Positions 16,501-23,520 of a DNA stretch of 32,000 nucleotides are shown here, piece by piece. The notes below the pieces were generated by a model. That model searched no databases. It was not told where the DNA came from and was given only the letters and a program-made list of their open reading frames with translations. Every line of letters begins with the position of its first letter. Position 1 is the first letter of the stretch. Position numbers and translations under genes: made by a program. Source of the stretch: Methanocaldococcus jannaschii DSM 2661 (GTDB lineage: Archaea; AGJL01; Methanococci; Methanococcales; Methanocaldococcaceae); contig NC_000909.1 in the NCBI RefSeq assembly GCF_000091665.1, positions 1,374,118-1,406,117 of the forward strand. The letters are read 5' to 3'.

Positions 16501-19040
16501 TGGGTATTTAATATTCTAATCTGCTTTGCAGATAACCTTTTTCTATCAAATCCAGAGCCAGTGAAGTTTTCATATTTGCTAAATCCTTTTTTATCAACAA
16601 TATCATTTAATTTATTAATTAAATCATGCTCATGGCTACCTAATGTATAAATAACTTGTCCAGATGTTTTCCCCTTAAAGCCTACAGCTCCTTCAGCAAC
16701 ATACAATCCAAGCATCCATGCAGTGTCTTCATCAATGTCAAAGTCATTAATTATCTTAACCCTTGAAGTAATATCCTTTGGTTCAAACTCTTTTAAATCC
16801 AACCTATCTTTTTCACCTTCAATATTGGCTACAAAGCTTAAGAAACAATCCCCAACCTTTATATCACTTGCTTTCTTTGCCACTAAACCATTTTCATCAA
16901 GCATCATAATTGAGTGGTTTCCAGTTAGCTCTATATATCCTCCTTCAAACTTAATTCTCAAAATCTTATCAACTTTATGCCTAATTATTGTAGAAACCTT
17001 TCTCCATCTAACTCTAAAGTTTTCATCTACAGTTAAAACCTCTAAGTTATCAACTTTCTTATACATCTCATTTTCATCGTTAGTTTCAAAGTATATCTTA
17101 TCAAGTTCTTCAAAGGTTGTTCTCTTTACCTTTCCATCTATTTTAACCAATATTGGTGTATCTTTTGAAACAGAGGCATTTAACTCTAAAAAGTTATCTC
17201 TCCAGTTTTCTCCAAATAAATCTCTTGCTAAACATAAAGCGGCGGTTGTATTGTGCAGTATAGTTGGTAAATTCCCACCAATAAAGTTGTGGTATCTTGG
17301 AACGTGTAAGTCATAGATTGTGAATTCACCATTTAATTGCTCAATTTCAACAATTTCGTCCCAATAAATTTCGTTAGATGCTAAGAATAATACATAGCCA
17401 ATGCTATCTATCAATTTTTCATCGTTAAGAATCTCTTTTACAAGTTTAAGTTCAGTTTTTCTAATTTCTTCAAGTTTTTCAATTTCTTGGGTATTGCTCT
17501 CTAAGTAAATTTTTATACTTGAATTCCACATATTGAGCATTTTTCCAATCTCTGCATAGCTTGAATACTTTTTAGCAAAGATTCTCATTGCATCAATGAT
17601 TTTTTCAATATTTTTACCAAGGGTATTGGCAATTTTTATATAGTTCTTTAAACTTGGTTTTCTTTTACCTCTTATATATTCTAAAATCCTATCACTTCTT
17701 ATTCCAGTTTTTTCTGCAATTTCTTTTCTTCTTTCTGCAACTTCATCCCAATCGATTAATATATTTTCTTCTAATGCTTTTTCAATTTCTTTTAACTCTT
17801 CTAATCTGTAGTATATTTCTTTTAAAAGTTCTTGAGTGATTTTTCTGCACTTGTTGTAACTCCAATTATCTTTTTCAATGTCTCTTGTTAATTTAACCTT
17901 TAATCTATCTCTTATGTATCTTATTTTCTCTTTGTCGATAGTTATAACATCTAAGTTTGGATTTTCATCTTTTATGATTTCTAAGAGCTTTTTAAGTTTT
18001 CTTTCTTGACTAAATCCAATGTTGTCCAAGAATGTCCTTAAGTTTGAAGAGTTTGAGATAACAATATGGTAATATACTTTGTTATTGTTTTTATTTACTT
18101 TTTCCCTCAATTTTGCAATTATTCCAAACCTTAATAAGGCATAAACTAAATCCTCTGCCATTTCTTTACTTGCAGTTGATAAAACTATTGAGTGTTTTTC
18201 AATACCACCATCACAATCAAAGTATGCTCTTAAAAATGCCCTTAATGCATCACTTCTCATTATTTCTTTTGGAATTCTAACTTTATCTGCTTTCTTTCCT
18301 CTTAAACCAAGCTTGTCAATAAATTCAACAGCTTCTTTTGAATTAACATAAATATCTGGTGTTCTGTCTTTGTGTATTCTCTCTTTTATTTTTGCATCCT
18401 TAAACAACTTTTCAGTAAGTTCTGCAAACCTCTTTCTAAGTTTTTCATCACCGTTTGTGAAGGTTATTTTATTTGATTCTTTGTCTGCATGCCCATCTCC
18501 TATGAAATACCCAAGCCATTCTGCTAATTCCTCATTATAATCACTTTCATTAAATAAAATGTATCTTGGTGTTGCTAATTTATCTCCAACCTTTAAATTC
18601 TCTGCTTTCTCCCATTTTATTTCTCCATTTTTGTGGTTTATTAAAAGTGGATGGTAAGTTGTTACTTTTAGCTCCCTACCCATTTTGGTTTTTATTTTTA
18701 TCAACGTGTTGGTTTTATCCTTATAGACATACTGCACATCAAACTCTCTAATTTTTCCATCTTCATCAATTCCTAAAACTTTTAAGTTGTTGGTTAAAGT
18801 TACTCCAAATTTTCCATTGCTTATCTCTTCAATAACTTCTCCAATTTCTCTAATCTCTCCATTTACAATAACTTTTGTATCTCCTGTTAAGCACTTTCCA
18901 ACTCCTGGAGGTCCGCTAAATAATAAATGCGGCATGCTCTTTTTTTCGACATATTTCTTTAATCTCTTTACTATTTCATCCTGTCCAACAATATCATCCA
19001 ATGTTTTTGGTCTATACTTCTCTACCCATGGTTTTTCCAT
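13509..19040 (-). CDS. rfcS: Replication factor C small subunit (clamp loader), interrupted by three inteins
   Basis: The exteins join to PWVEKYRP...GPPGVGK|TTAALCLARDLFGENWRDNFLELNA|SDERGIDVIR...IIFLDESDAL...RFILS|CNYPSKIIPPIQSRCAVFRF..., which carries the RFC boxes, P-loop, Walker B and SRC motif. The total extein length is about 316-320 aa. The track TTG at 19052 lies in the SD TTGGTGAT. The ATG at 19040 (MEKPWVEKYRP) is the likely start. Confidence 0.95.
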   Translation of the reverse strand: MEKPWVEKYRPKTLDDIVGQDEIVKRLKKYVEKKSMPHLLFSGPPGVGKCLTGDTKVIVNGEIREIGEVIEEISNGKFGVTLTNNLKVLGIDEDGKIREFDVQYVYKDKTNTLIKIKTKMGRELKVTTYHPLLINHKNGEIKWEKAENLKVGDKLATPRYILFNESDYNEELAEWLGYFIGDGHADKESNKITFTNGDEKLRKRFAELTEKLFKDAKIKERIHKDRTPDIYVNSKEAVEFIDKLGLRGKKADKVRIPKEIMRSDALRAFLRAYFDCDGGIEKHSIVLSTASKEMAEDLVYALLRFGIIAKLREKVNKNNNKVYYHIVISNSSNLRTFLDNIGFSQERKLKKLLEIIKDENPNLDVITIDKEKIRYIRDRLKVKLTRDIEKDNWSYNKCRKITQELLKEIYYRLEELKEIEKALEENILIDWDEVAERRKEIAEKTGIRSDRILEYIRGKRKPSLKNYIKIANTLGKNIEKIIDAMRIFAKKYSSYAEIGKMLNMWNSSIKIYLESNTQEIEKLEEIRKTELKLVKEILNDEKLIDSIGYVLFLASNEIYWDEIVEIEQLNGEFTIYDLHVPRYHNFIGGNLPTILHNTTAALCLARDLFGENWRDNFLELNASVSKDTPILVKIDGKVKRTTFEELDKIYFETNDENEMYKKVDNLEVLTVDENFRVRWRKVSTIIRHKVDKILRIKFEGGYIELTGNHSIMMLDENGLVAKKASDIKVGDCFLSFVANIEGEKDRLDLKEFEPKDITSRVKIINDFDIDEDTAWMLGLYVAEGAVGFKGKTSGQVIYTLGSHEHDLINKLNDIVDKKGFSKYENFTGSGFDRKRLSAKQIRILNTQLARFVEENFYDGNGRRARNKRIPDIIFELKENLRVEFLKGLADGDSSGNWREVVRISSKSDNLLIDTVWLARISGIESSIFENEARLIWKGGMKWKKSNLLPAEPIIKMIKKLENKINGNWRYILRHQLYEGKKRVSKDKIKQILEMVNVEKLSDKEKEVYDLLKKLSKTELYALVVKEIEIIDYNDFVYDVSVPNNEMFFAGNVPILLHNSDERGIDVIRTKVKDFARTKPIGDVPFKIIFLDESDALTADAQNALRRTMEKYSDVCRFILSCLTGDAKITLPDEREIKIEDFIKMFEERKLKHVLNRNGEDLVLAGVKFNSKIVNHKVYRLVLESGREIEATGDHKFLTRDGWKEVYELKEDDEVLVYPALEGVGFEVDERRIIGLNEFYEFLTNYEIKLGYKPLGKAKSYKELITRDKEKILSRVLELSDKYSKSEIRRKIEEEFGIKISLTTIKNLINGKIDGFALKYVRKIKELGWDEITYDDEKAGIFARLLGFIIGDGHLSKSKEGRILITATINELEGIKKDLEKLGIKASNIIEKDIEHKLDGREIKGKTSFIYINNKAFYLLLNFWGVEIGNKTINGYNIPKWIKYGNKFVKREFLRGLFGADGTKPYIKKYNINGIKLGIRVENISKDKTLEFFEEVKKMLEEFEVESYIKVSKIDNKNLTELIVKANNKNYLKYLSRISYAYEKDNFARLVGEYLRIKEAYKDIILKEIAENALKEADGEKSLRELARKYNVPVDFIINQLKGKDIGLPRNFMTFEEFLKEKVVDGKYVSERIIKKECIGYRDVYDITCHKDPSFIANGFVSHNCNYPSKIIPPIQSRCAVFRFSPLKKEDIAKKLKEIAEKEGLNLTESGLEAIIYVSEGDMRKAINVLQTAAALSDVIDDEIVYKVSSRARPEEVKKMMELALDGKFMEARDLLYKLMVEWGMSGEDILNQMFREINSLDIDERKKVELADAIGETDFRIVEGANERIQLSALLAKMALMGR
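14052..15680 (-). mobile_element. rfcS intein 3 (543 aa), with LAGLIDADG endonuclease
   Basis: It starts CLTGDAKITL after ...RFILS and ends ...GFVSHN (cat aac on the - strand at 14057-14052), followed by a +1 Cys (tgc at 14051-14049) of CNYPSK. The motifs are LLGFIIGDGHL and LRGLFGADGT. It covers residues 1125-1667. Confidence 0.9.
15867..17174 (-). mobile_element. rfcS intein 2 (436 aa), with LAGLIDADG endonuclease
   Basis: It starts with Ser (SVSKDTPILV) after ...FLELNA and ends ...VPILLHN, followed by a +1 Ser of SDERGID. The motifs are LGLYVAEGAV and LKGLADGDSS. It covers residues 627-1062 of the track ORF. Confidence 0.88.
17250..18893 (-). mobile_element. rfcS intein 1 (548 aa), inserted in the P-loop, with LAGLIDADG endonuclease
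   Basis: It starts CLTGDTKV (tgc on the - strand at 18893-18891) right after GVGK and ends ...PTILHN, followed by a +1 Thr. The motifs are LGYFIGDGHA and LRAYFDCDGG. I counted residues 54-601 of the 1847-aa track ORF. Confidence 0.9.
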
Positions 19041-19082
19041 TATTATCACCAAAATTTTTTATGGATTAATAATTTTTAAACT

Positions 19083-20141
19083 TTATTCCAATGCATAATC
19101 CAATATTTCTCCAAATCTTGATTTTACAATATCTCTTTTCCCTAAAACCTTCGCATGTGCATCTAATTCAACAATTGCGTAATCATAAATTTCTTTTATT
19201 GGATGATATGTTCTTGGTCCATCACTTATGCCTATCTTTATTATGTCTTTATCTATCTCTTCAATTGGTAAAGCATGAGGAACACCAGAGACAACAATAG
19301 CATCAACATCCAAATCTTTTAATATTTCGACTGCTCTCTCTCCGGTTATTGGATACTCATCTAACCCACCAGTAATATAATCTGCTTTAAACCTTCTTAA
19401 TATATTTTGTGCATCTCTTCTTATCTTTGGAAGTCCCTTATTTATATCTAAGTTTGCTATATTTACACAGTTAAAGTACTTATTTAAAACAATTAGAGGA
19501 TGAGCAAACAAATAGGCAGTTTCTTTTTTAGCATTCAACACACATGCTATTTTCCCATCTTTTTCTTTCAAATCCTTTAAAACTTTTATAGCTTCATTTA
19601 AATCATCATCATAAGTTGGCTTTATATACTCTTTCTTTGCCATGCCTCTTTTTTTCTCAACTTCAGTAGCTTTTTTTAATAAAAACTTCTGTCTCTCAAA
19701 CTCTTTCTCATCAATTATTCCTAATTTTAAAGCTGACTCCATAGCCTTTATTGCCCCTATTGTATTATCACCGCTTCCACTATGCACCTCAACTGGGATA
19801 ATTATGGCTCTATCATCATCTACAAATTCCCACAAATCTTCACCAATAATCATACTTGCACACGTCCCAACTATGCCTATCATTGGCCTCTCTTTCTTTA
19901 ACTCTTTTTTTAAATATTCAATTGCATAGTCCAAAGCTTTTTTTAAATTCTCTGAAGCTCCAAAGACAATAGCATTTTCATCAATATTGCTTGTAAATAC
20001 TCTAACTCCATCTAACTCTAATAATCTTGCGGTTCTGAAACAACAACCACTTGGACCATGTAAAATTATAGCATCAACACCCAAATCCCTAAGTTGATAC
20101 ATTGCAGCAGCTATTGGTGAAGGTCTTGGATGGAATATCAT
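19083..20141 (-). CDS. cfbD: Nitrogenase NifD/NifE-like protein, group IV (NflD/CfbD; Ni-sirohydrochlorin a,c-diamide reductive cyclase component, coenzyme F430 synthesis)
   Basis: The sequence is oxidoreductase/nitrogenase component-1-like, with HGPSGCCFRTA and GTCASMIIGED cysteine motifs. It is 352 aa, much shorter than a true NifD. The SD GAGGTGA lies 4 nt upstream of the ATG at 20141. The functional name comes from published work on NflD/CfbD. Confidence 0.82.
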   Translation of the reverse strand: MIFHPRPSPIAAAMYQLRDLGVDAIILHGPSGCCFRTARLLELDGVRVFTSNIDENAIVFGASENLKKALDYAIEYLKKELKKERPMIGIVGTCASMIIGEDLWEFVDDDRAIIIPVEVHSGSGDNTIGAIKAMESALKLGIIDEKEFERQKFLLKKATEVEKKRGMAKKEYIKPTYDDDLNEAIKVLKDLKEKDGKIACVLNAKKETAYLFAHPLIVLNKYFNCVNIANLDINKGLPKIRRDAQNILRRFKADYITGGLDEYPITGERAVEILKDLDVDAIVVSGVPHALPIEEIDKDIIKIGISDGPRTYHPIKEIYDYAIVELDAHAKVLGKRDIVKSRFGEILDYALE

Positions 20142-20157
20142 AGATTCACCTCAATAT

Positions 20158-20250
20158 TATAGAACTTTCGCAGGAATAAATGATTTATTGAATAATGATG
20201 CCTTTAGGCATCTAAATACCTTTTTAATATAAAAACTGCGAAGTTCTATA
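20158..20250. repeat. Long imperfect inverted repeat (16/15-nt arms, 62-nt spacer) with a nested 6-bp hairpin
   Basis: The left arm tatagaactttcgcag (20158-20173) pairs with the right arm ctgcgaagttctata (20236-20250), leaving one bulged T. The nested stem is gatgcc (20197-20202) / ggcatc (20207-20212) with a ttta loop. It lies in the 202-bp divergent cfbD/endA intergenic region. Confidence 0.7.
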
Positions 20251-20343
20251 TTAATTCATTCATTAATTTTGTTAAATAACATAAACCATATGTTATTTAT
20301 TTTATTATCCACAATAAATTTTAAGATTTTATAAATAATAACT

Positions 20344-20883
20344 TTGGTGAGAGATAAAATGGGCAAAAAAATAACTGGATTGTTGGATGGAGATAGAGTT
20401 ATAGTGTTTGACAAAAATGGGATATCTAAGTTATCAGCAAGGCATTATGGAAATGTTGAAGGGAATTTTTTATCTCTATCTTTAGTTGAAGCCCTCTATT
20501 TGATAAATTTAGGATGGTTGGAAGTGAAATATAAAGATAACAAACCTCTAAGTTTTGAAGAACTATATGAATATGCGAGAAATGTTGAAGAAAGACTATG
20601 TTTAAAATATTTAGTTTATAAGGATTTAAGAACAAGAGGTTATATAGTAAAGACTGGTTTGAAGTATGGGGCTGATTTTAGGCTTTATGAGAGGGGAGCT
20701 AACATAGATAAAGAACACTCTGTTTATTTGGTTAAGGTATTTCCTGAAGATAGCTCTTTTCTATTAAGTGAGCTAACTGGGTTTGTTAGGGTTGCTCACT
20801 CAGTTAGAAAAAAATTACTCATAGCAATCGTTGATGCAGATGGGGATATTGTCTATTATAACATGACCTATGTAAAACCATAA
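20344..20883 (+). CDS. endA: tRNA-splicing endonuclease (homotetrameric archaeal EndA)
   Basis: The protein is 179 aa. With this start the known catalytic triad numbering fits exactly: Y115 in DFRLY, H125 in DKEH and K156 in SVRK. An alternative ATG at 20359 follows the SD GGTGA, but 20344 matches the published numbering. Confidence 0.93.
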
Positions 20884-20908
20884 AATTAAAAATTTTTGGA
20901 GGGATATA

Positions 20909-21943
20909 ATGATTTTAAAACCAGAAAATGAAAAAAAGTTAATAATTGATGTCTTAAAAAAATTTGGTGTTCCAGAGGAAGATGCCAAAATAACTGCCGA
21001 TGTTTTTGTTGATGCTGATTTAAAGGGTTTTACTTCTCATGGAATTGGAAGGTTTCCACAGTATATAACTGCCTTAAAATTAGGAAATATAAATCCAAAG
21101 CCAGATATAAAGATAGTTAAAGAAAGCCCAGCAACGGCAGTTATAGATGGAGATTTGGGTTTAGGTCAAGTTGTTGGAAAAAAAGCCATGGAATTAGCTA
21201 TAAAAAAGGCAAAAAATGTTGGAGTTGGAGTTGTTGCTACAAGAAATGCTAATCACTTTGGTATCGCTGGCTATTATTCAGAGTTAGCTATGAATCAAGA
21301 TATGATTGGAATAACAATAACAAACACAGAGCCAGCTATGGCTCCTTTTGGTGGTAAAGAGAAAATTTTAGGAACAAATCCAATTGCTATAGCATTTAAA
21401 GGAAATAAGTATAAATTTTCCTTAGACATGGCTACTGCTTCAATTGCAAGAGGAAAGATTTTAGAAGCTTTAAGAAAAAAAATAAAGATTCCAGAAGGTT
21501 GTGCAGTAGATAAAGATGGAAAGCCAACAACAGACCCTGCTAAAGCATTGGAAGGATGTATATTACCATTTGGAGGACCTAAGGGGTATGGTTTGGCATT
21601 AGCTATCGAAATGCTGTCAGCTATCGGTGGGGCTGAGGTTGGGACTAAGGTTAAAGGGACTGCTAATCCAGAGGAGAGATGCACTAAGGGAGATTTATTT
21701 ATAGCTATAAATCCAGAATTTTTTATGGGGAAGGAGGAGTTTAAAAGAAAAGTTGATGAGTTGTTAGATGAAATTAAAAACTCAGAGCCAGCAGAAGGTT
21801 TTGAGATATTAATCCCTGGGGAAATAGAGGAGAGGAATAAAATGAAAAGAAAGGATGGATTTGAAATTGATAAAAACTTATACAACCAATTAAAAGAAAT
21901 TTGTAATGAGTTGGGATTAAATATTGAGGACTATATTGAATAA
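20909..21943 (+). CDS. comC: Ldh_2-family (malate/L-sulfolactate) dehydrogenase; (R)-sulfolactate dehydrogenase of coenzyme M biosynthesis
   Basis: The protein is 344 aa. Ldh_2 family motifs include SHGIGRF, NANHFGIAGYY and PFGGPKGYGLA. The SD GGAGGGA lies upstream of the ATG. Confidence 0.82.
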   Translation: MILKPENEKKLIIDVLKKFGVPEEDAKITADVFVDADLKGFTSHGIGRFPQYITALKLGNINPKPDIKIVKESPATAVIDGDLGLGQVVGKKAMELAIKKAKNVGVGVVATRNANHFGIAGYYSELAMNQDMIGITITNTEPAMAPFGGKEKILGTNPIAIAFKGNKYKFSLDMATASIARGKILEALRKKIKIPEGCAVDKDGKPTTDPAKALEGCILPFGGPKGYGLALAIEMLSAIGGAEVGTKVKGTANPEERCTKGDLFIAINPEFFMGKEEFKRKVDELLDEIKNSEPAEGFEILIPGEIEERNKMKRKDGFEIDKNLYNQLKEICNELGLNIEDYIE

Positions 21944-21965
21944 ATTAAATATAAATGGTGAAATA

Positions 21966-22430
21966 ATGTTAATAAAAGATATCATGAAAAAACCCATTGT
22001 GGTTTATGAGGATAATGATTTAATCGATGTAATAAGATTATTTAGGAAAAATAAGATAAGTGGAGCCCCAGTATTAAATAAAGATGGTAAGTTAGTGGGA
22101 ATAATCTCAGAGAGTGACATAGTGAAAACCATTGTTACACATAATGAAGATTTAAATCTCATTTTACCATCACCATTGGATTTGATTGAACTTCCACTAA
22201 AAACAGCTTTAAAGATAGAGGAATTTATGGAAGATTTAAAAAATGCATTAAAAACAAAGGTTAGGGATGTGATGACAAGAAAAGTTATTGTTGCTAAGCC
22301 AGATATGACAATTAATGATGCAGCAAAGTTGATGGTTAAAAATAACATCAAAAGATTGCCAGTAGTTGATGATGAAGGAAATTTAATTGGTATTGTTACA
22401 AGAGGGGATTTGATAGAGGCATTAATTTAA
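21966..22430 (+). CDS. CBS-domain pair protein
   Basis: There are two CBS repeats (IKDIMKKPIV...ISGAPVLNKDGKLVGIISESDI and VRDVMTRKVI...IKRLPVVDDEGNLIGIVTRGDL). The SD GGTGA lies 4 nt upstream of the ATG at 21966. The track start at 21924 would overlap comC and lacks an SD. Confidence 0.85.
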   Translation: MLIKDIMKKPIVVYEDNDLIDVIRLFRKNKISGAPVLNKDGKLVGIISESDIVKTIVTHNEDLNLILPSPLDLIELPLKTALKIEEFMEDLKNALKTKVRDVMTRKVIVAKPDMTINDAAKLMVKNNIKRLPVVDDEGNLIGIVTRGDLIEALI

Positions 22431-22439
22431 GCTTCAAAC

Positions 22440-22451
22440 TTTTTATTTTTT
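22440..22451 (+). terminator. Oligo-T terminator candidate after the CBS gene
   Basis: ttttt a tttttt lies 10 nt after the stop. It is followed by a TATA-like aaatatttataa for the next gene. Confidence 0.45.
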
Positions 22452-22527
22452 GTTGTAAATATTTATAATTTATAGAACATCTGGTTGTTATTGTTATTAT
22501 CTTTAAAACCTTAATAATGGTGAGATT

Positions 22528-23514
22528 TTGATAATTCAAACACCATCAAGGATTCACATGGGGCTTATAGATTTGAATGGTTCTATTGGAAGAGTTGATG
22601 GAGGTATTGGTTTGGCTTTAGAGGAGCCAAATATAAAAATTGAAGGAAAAGAAAGTGATGATATATCCATTGAGTTTGATAAAAAATTGATTGAAAAGTA
22701 TGGAGAAGATTATATAAAATCTGTTAGAGATAGAGTATATAATACAGCTATCAAAGTTTTAGATGTTATTGGTGGAGAGGGAGTTGATTTAAAAATCCTA
22801 TCACTATTTCCAGCCCATTCTGGTCTTGGTAGTGGAACACAGCTATCTTTGGCTGTAGGTAAATTAATATCAAAAATATACAATAAAGAAATGAACGCCT
22901 ACAATATTGCTAAAATTACTGGAAGGGGAGGGACTTCAGGCATTGGAATAGGGGCTTTTGAGTATGGAGGATTTTTAATTGATGGAGGGCATAGTTTTGG
23001 CAAGGGTAAGGATAAAGAAGATTTTAGACCTTCATCTGCTTCAAAAGGAGTTAAGCCAGCACCAATAATATTTAGACATGATTTTGATTGGGAAACTATC
23101 TTAATAATTCCAAAAGGAGAACATGTCTATGGAAAAAAAGAAGTGGATATATTTAAAAAATACTGCCCAGTTCCTTTAAATGAAGTTGAAAAAATCTGCC
23201 ATTTAGTTTTAATGAAGATGATGCCAGCAGTTGTTGAAAAAAATTTAGATGATTTTGGAGAAGTTATCAACAAGCTTCAATACTTAGGCTTTAAAAAAGT
23301 TGAACTCTCTTTACAATCAGATATTGTTAAAGATTTAATTAATGAATTGCATAAAGATGTTTATGCAGGACTTTCAAGCTTTGGCCCAACAATTTATGCA
23401 TTTGGAGACAAAAAATTAATTGTTGAAAAAGCCAACGATATTTTTGATAAATATGGAGTTTATGGAGAAATAATTATAACTAAAGCAAATAATGTGGGGC
23501 ATAAAATTTGGTGA
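22528..23514 (+). CDS. mptG: Beta-ribofuranosylaminobenzene 5'-phosphate (RFAP) synthase, GHMP-kinase fold (methanopterin biosynthesis)
   Basis: The GHMP motif is PAHSGLGSGTQLSLAVG. The TTG start is preceded by the SD GGTGAGA. The protein is 328 aa. The name comes from my memory of MJ1427 biochemistry. Confidence 0.78.
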   Translation: MIIQTPSRIHMGLIDLNGSIGRVDGGIGLALEEPNIKIEGKESDDISIEFDKKLIEKYGEDYIKSVRDRVYNTAIKVLDVIGGEGVDLKILSLFPAHSGLGSGTQLSLAVGKLISKIYNKEMNAYNIAKITGRGGTSGIGIGAFEYGGFLIDGGHSFGKGKDKEDFRPSSASKGVKPAPIIFRHDFDWETILIIPKGEHVYGKKEVDIFKKYCPVPLNEVEKICHLVLMKMMPAVVEKNLDDFGEVINKLQYLGFKKVELSLQSDIVKDLINELHKDVYAGLSSFGPTIYAFGDKKLIVEKANDIFDKYGVYGEIIITKANNVGHKIW

Positions 23515-23520
23515 TTCACA

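Noticed and set aside
20158-20250. C/D-box sRNA interpretation of the inverted-repeat element (it contains aatgatt and aatgatg).
   Set aside because: There is no properly placed CUGA D or D' box. The motif order does not fit C-D'-C'-D. A ~15-bp terminal stem is far longer than in archaeal C/D sRNAs.
21295-21885. 196-aa ORF antisense to comC. Similar long antisense ORFs occur at 16723-17316 (+), 28189-28668 (-), 22004-22351 (-), 14494-15045 (+) and 19642-19929 (+).
   Set aside because: All lie opposite genes with strong family motifs. Their translations are low-complexity (Ser/Ile/Phe/Leu/Pro-rich), and they lack SD sequences. Such shadow ORFs are expected on the complement of Lys/Glu/Ile-rich AT-rich coding DNA.
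21924-21965. Track start at 21924 for the CBS protein, which would overlap comC by 20 nt. Analogous extended starts occur at 918, 1694, 1761, 7894, 13215, 19052 and 25212.
   Set aside because: In nearly every case the proposed GTG/TTG/ATG lies inside or directly against the SD-like GGTGA/GGAGG element (at 7894 it precedes the SD; 21924 simply lacks one), while an ATG follows at a canonical spacing of 4-6 nt (9 nt at 21966). The differences are at most 14 codons and do not affect function calls.
11426-22482. Recurrence of the 8-mer tatagaac (11427, 20158 and its inverted copy, 22474) as a possible shared regulatory motif.
   Set aside because: A rough composition-based expectation for this AT-rich 8-mer over both strands of 32 kb is a few copies. 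Excluding the inverted-repeat pair, the count is not above chance.
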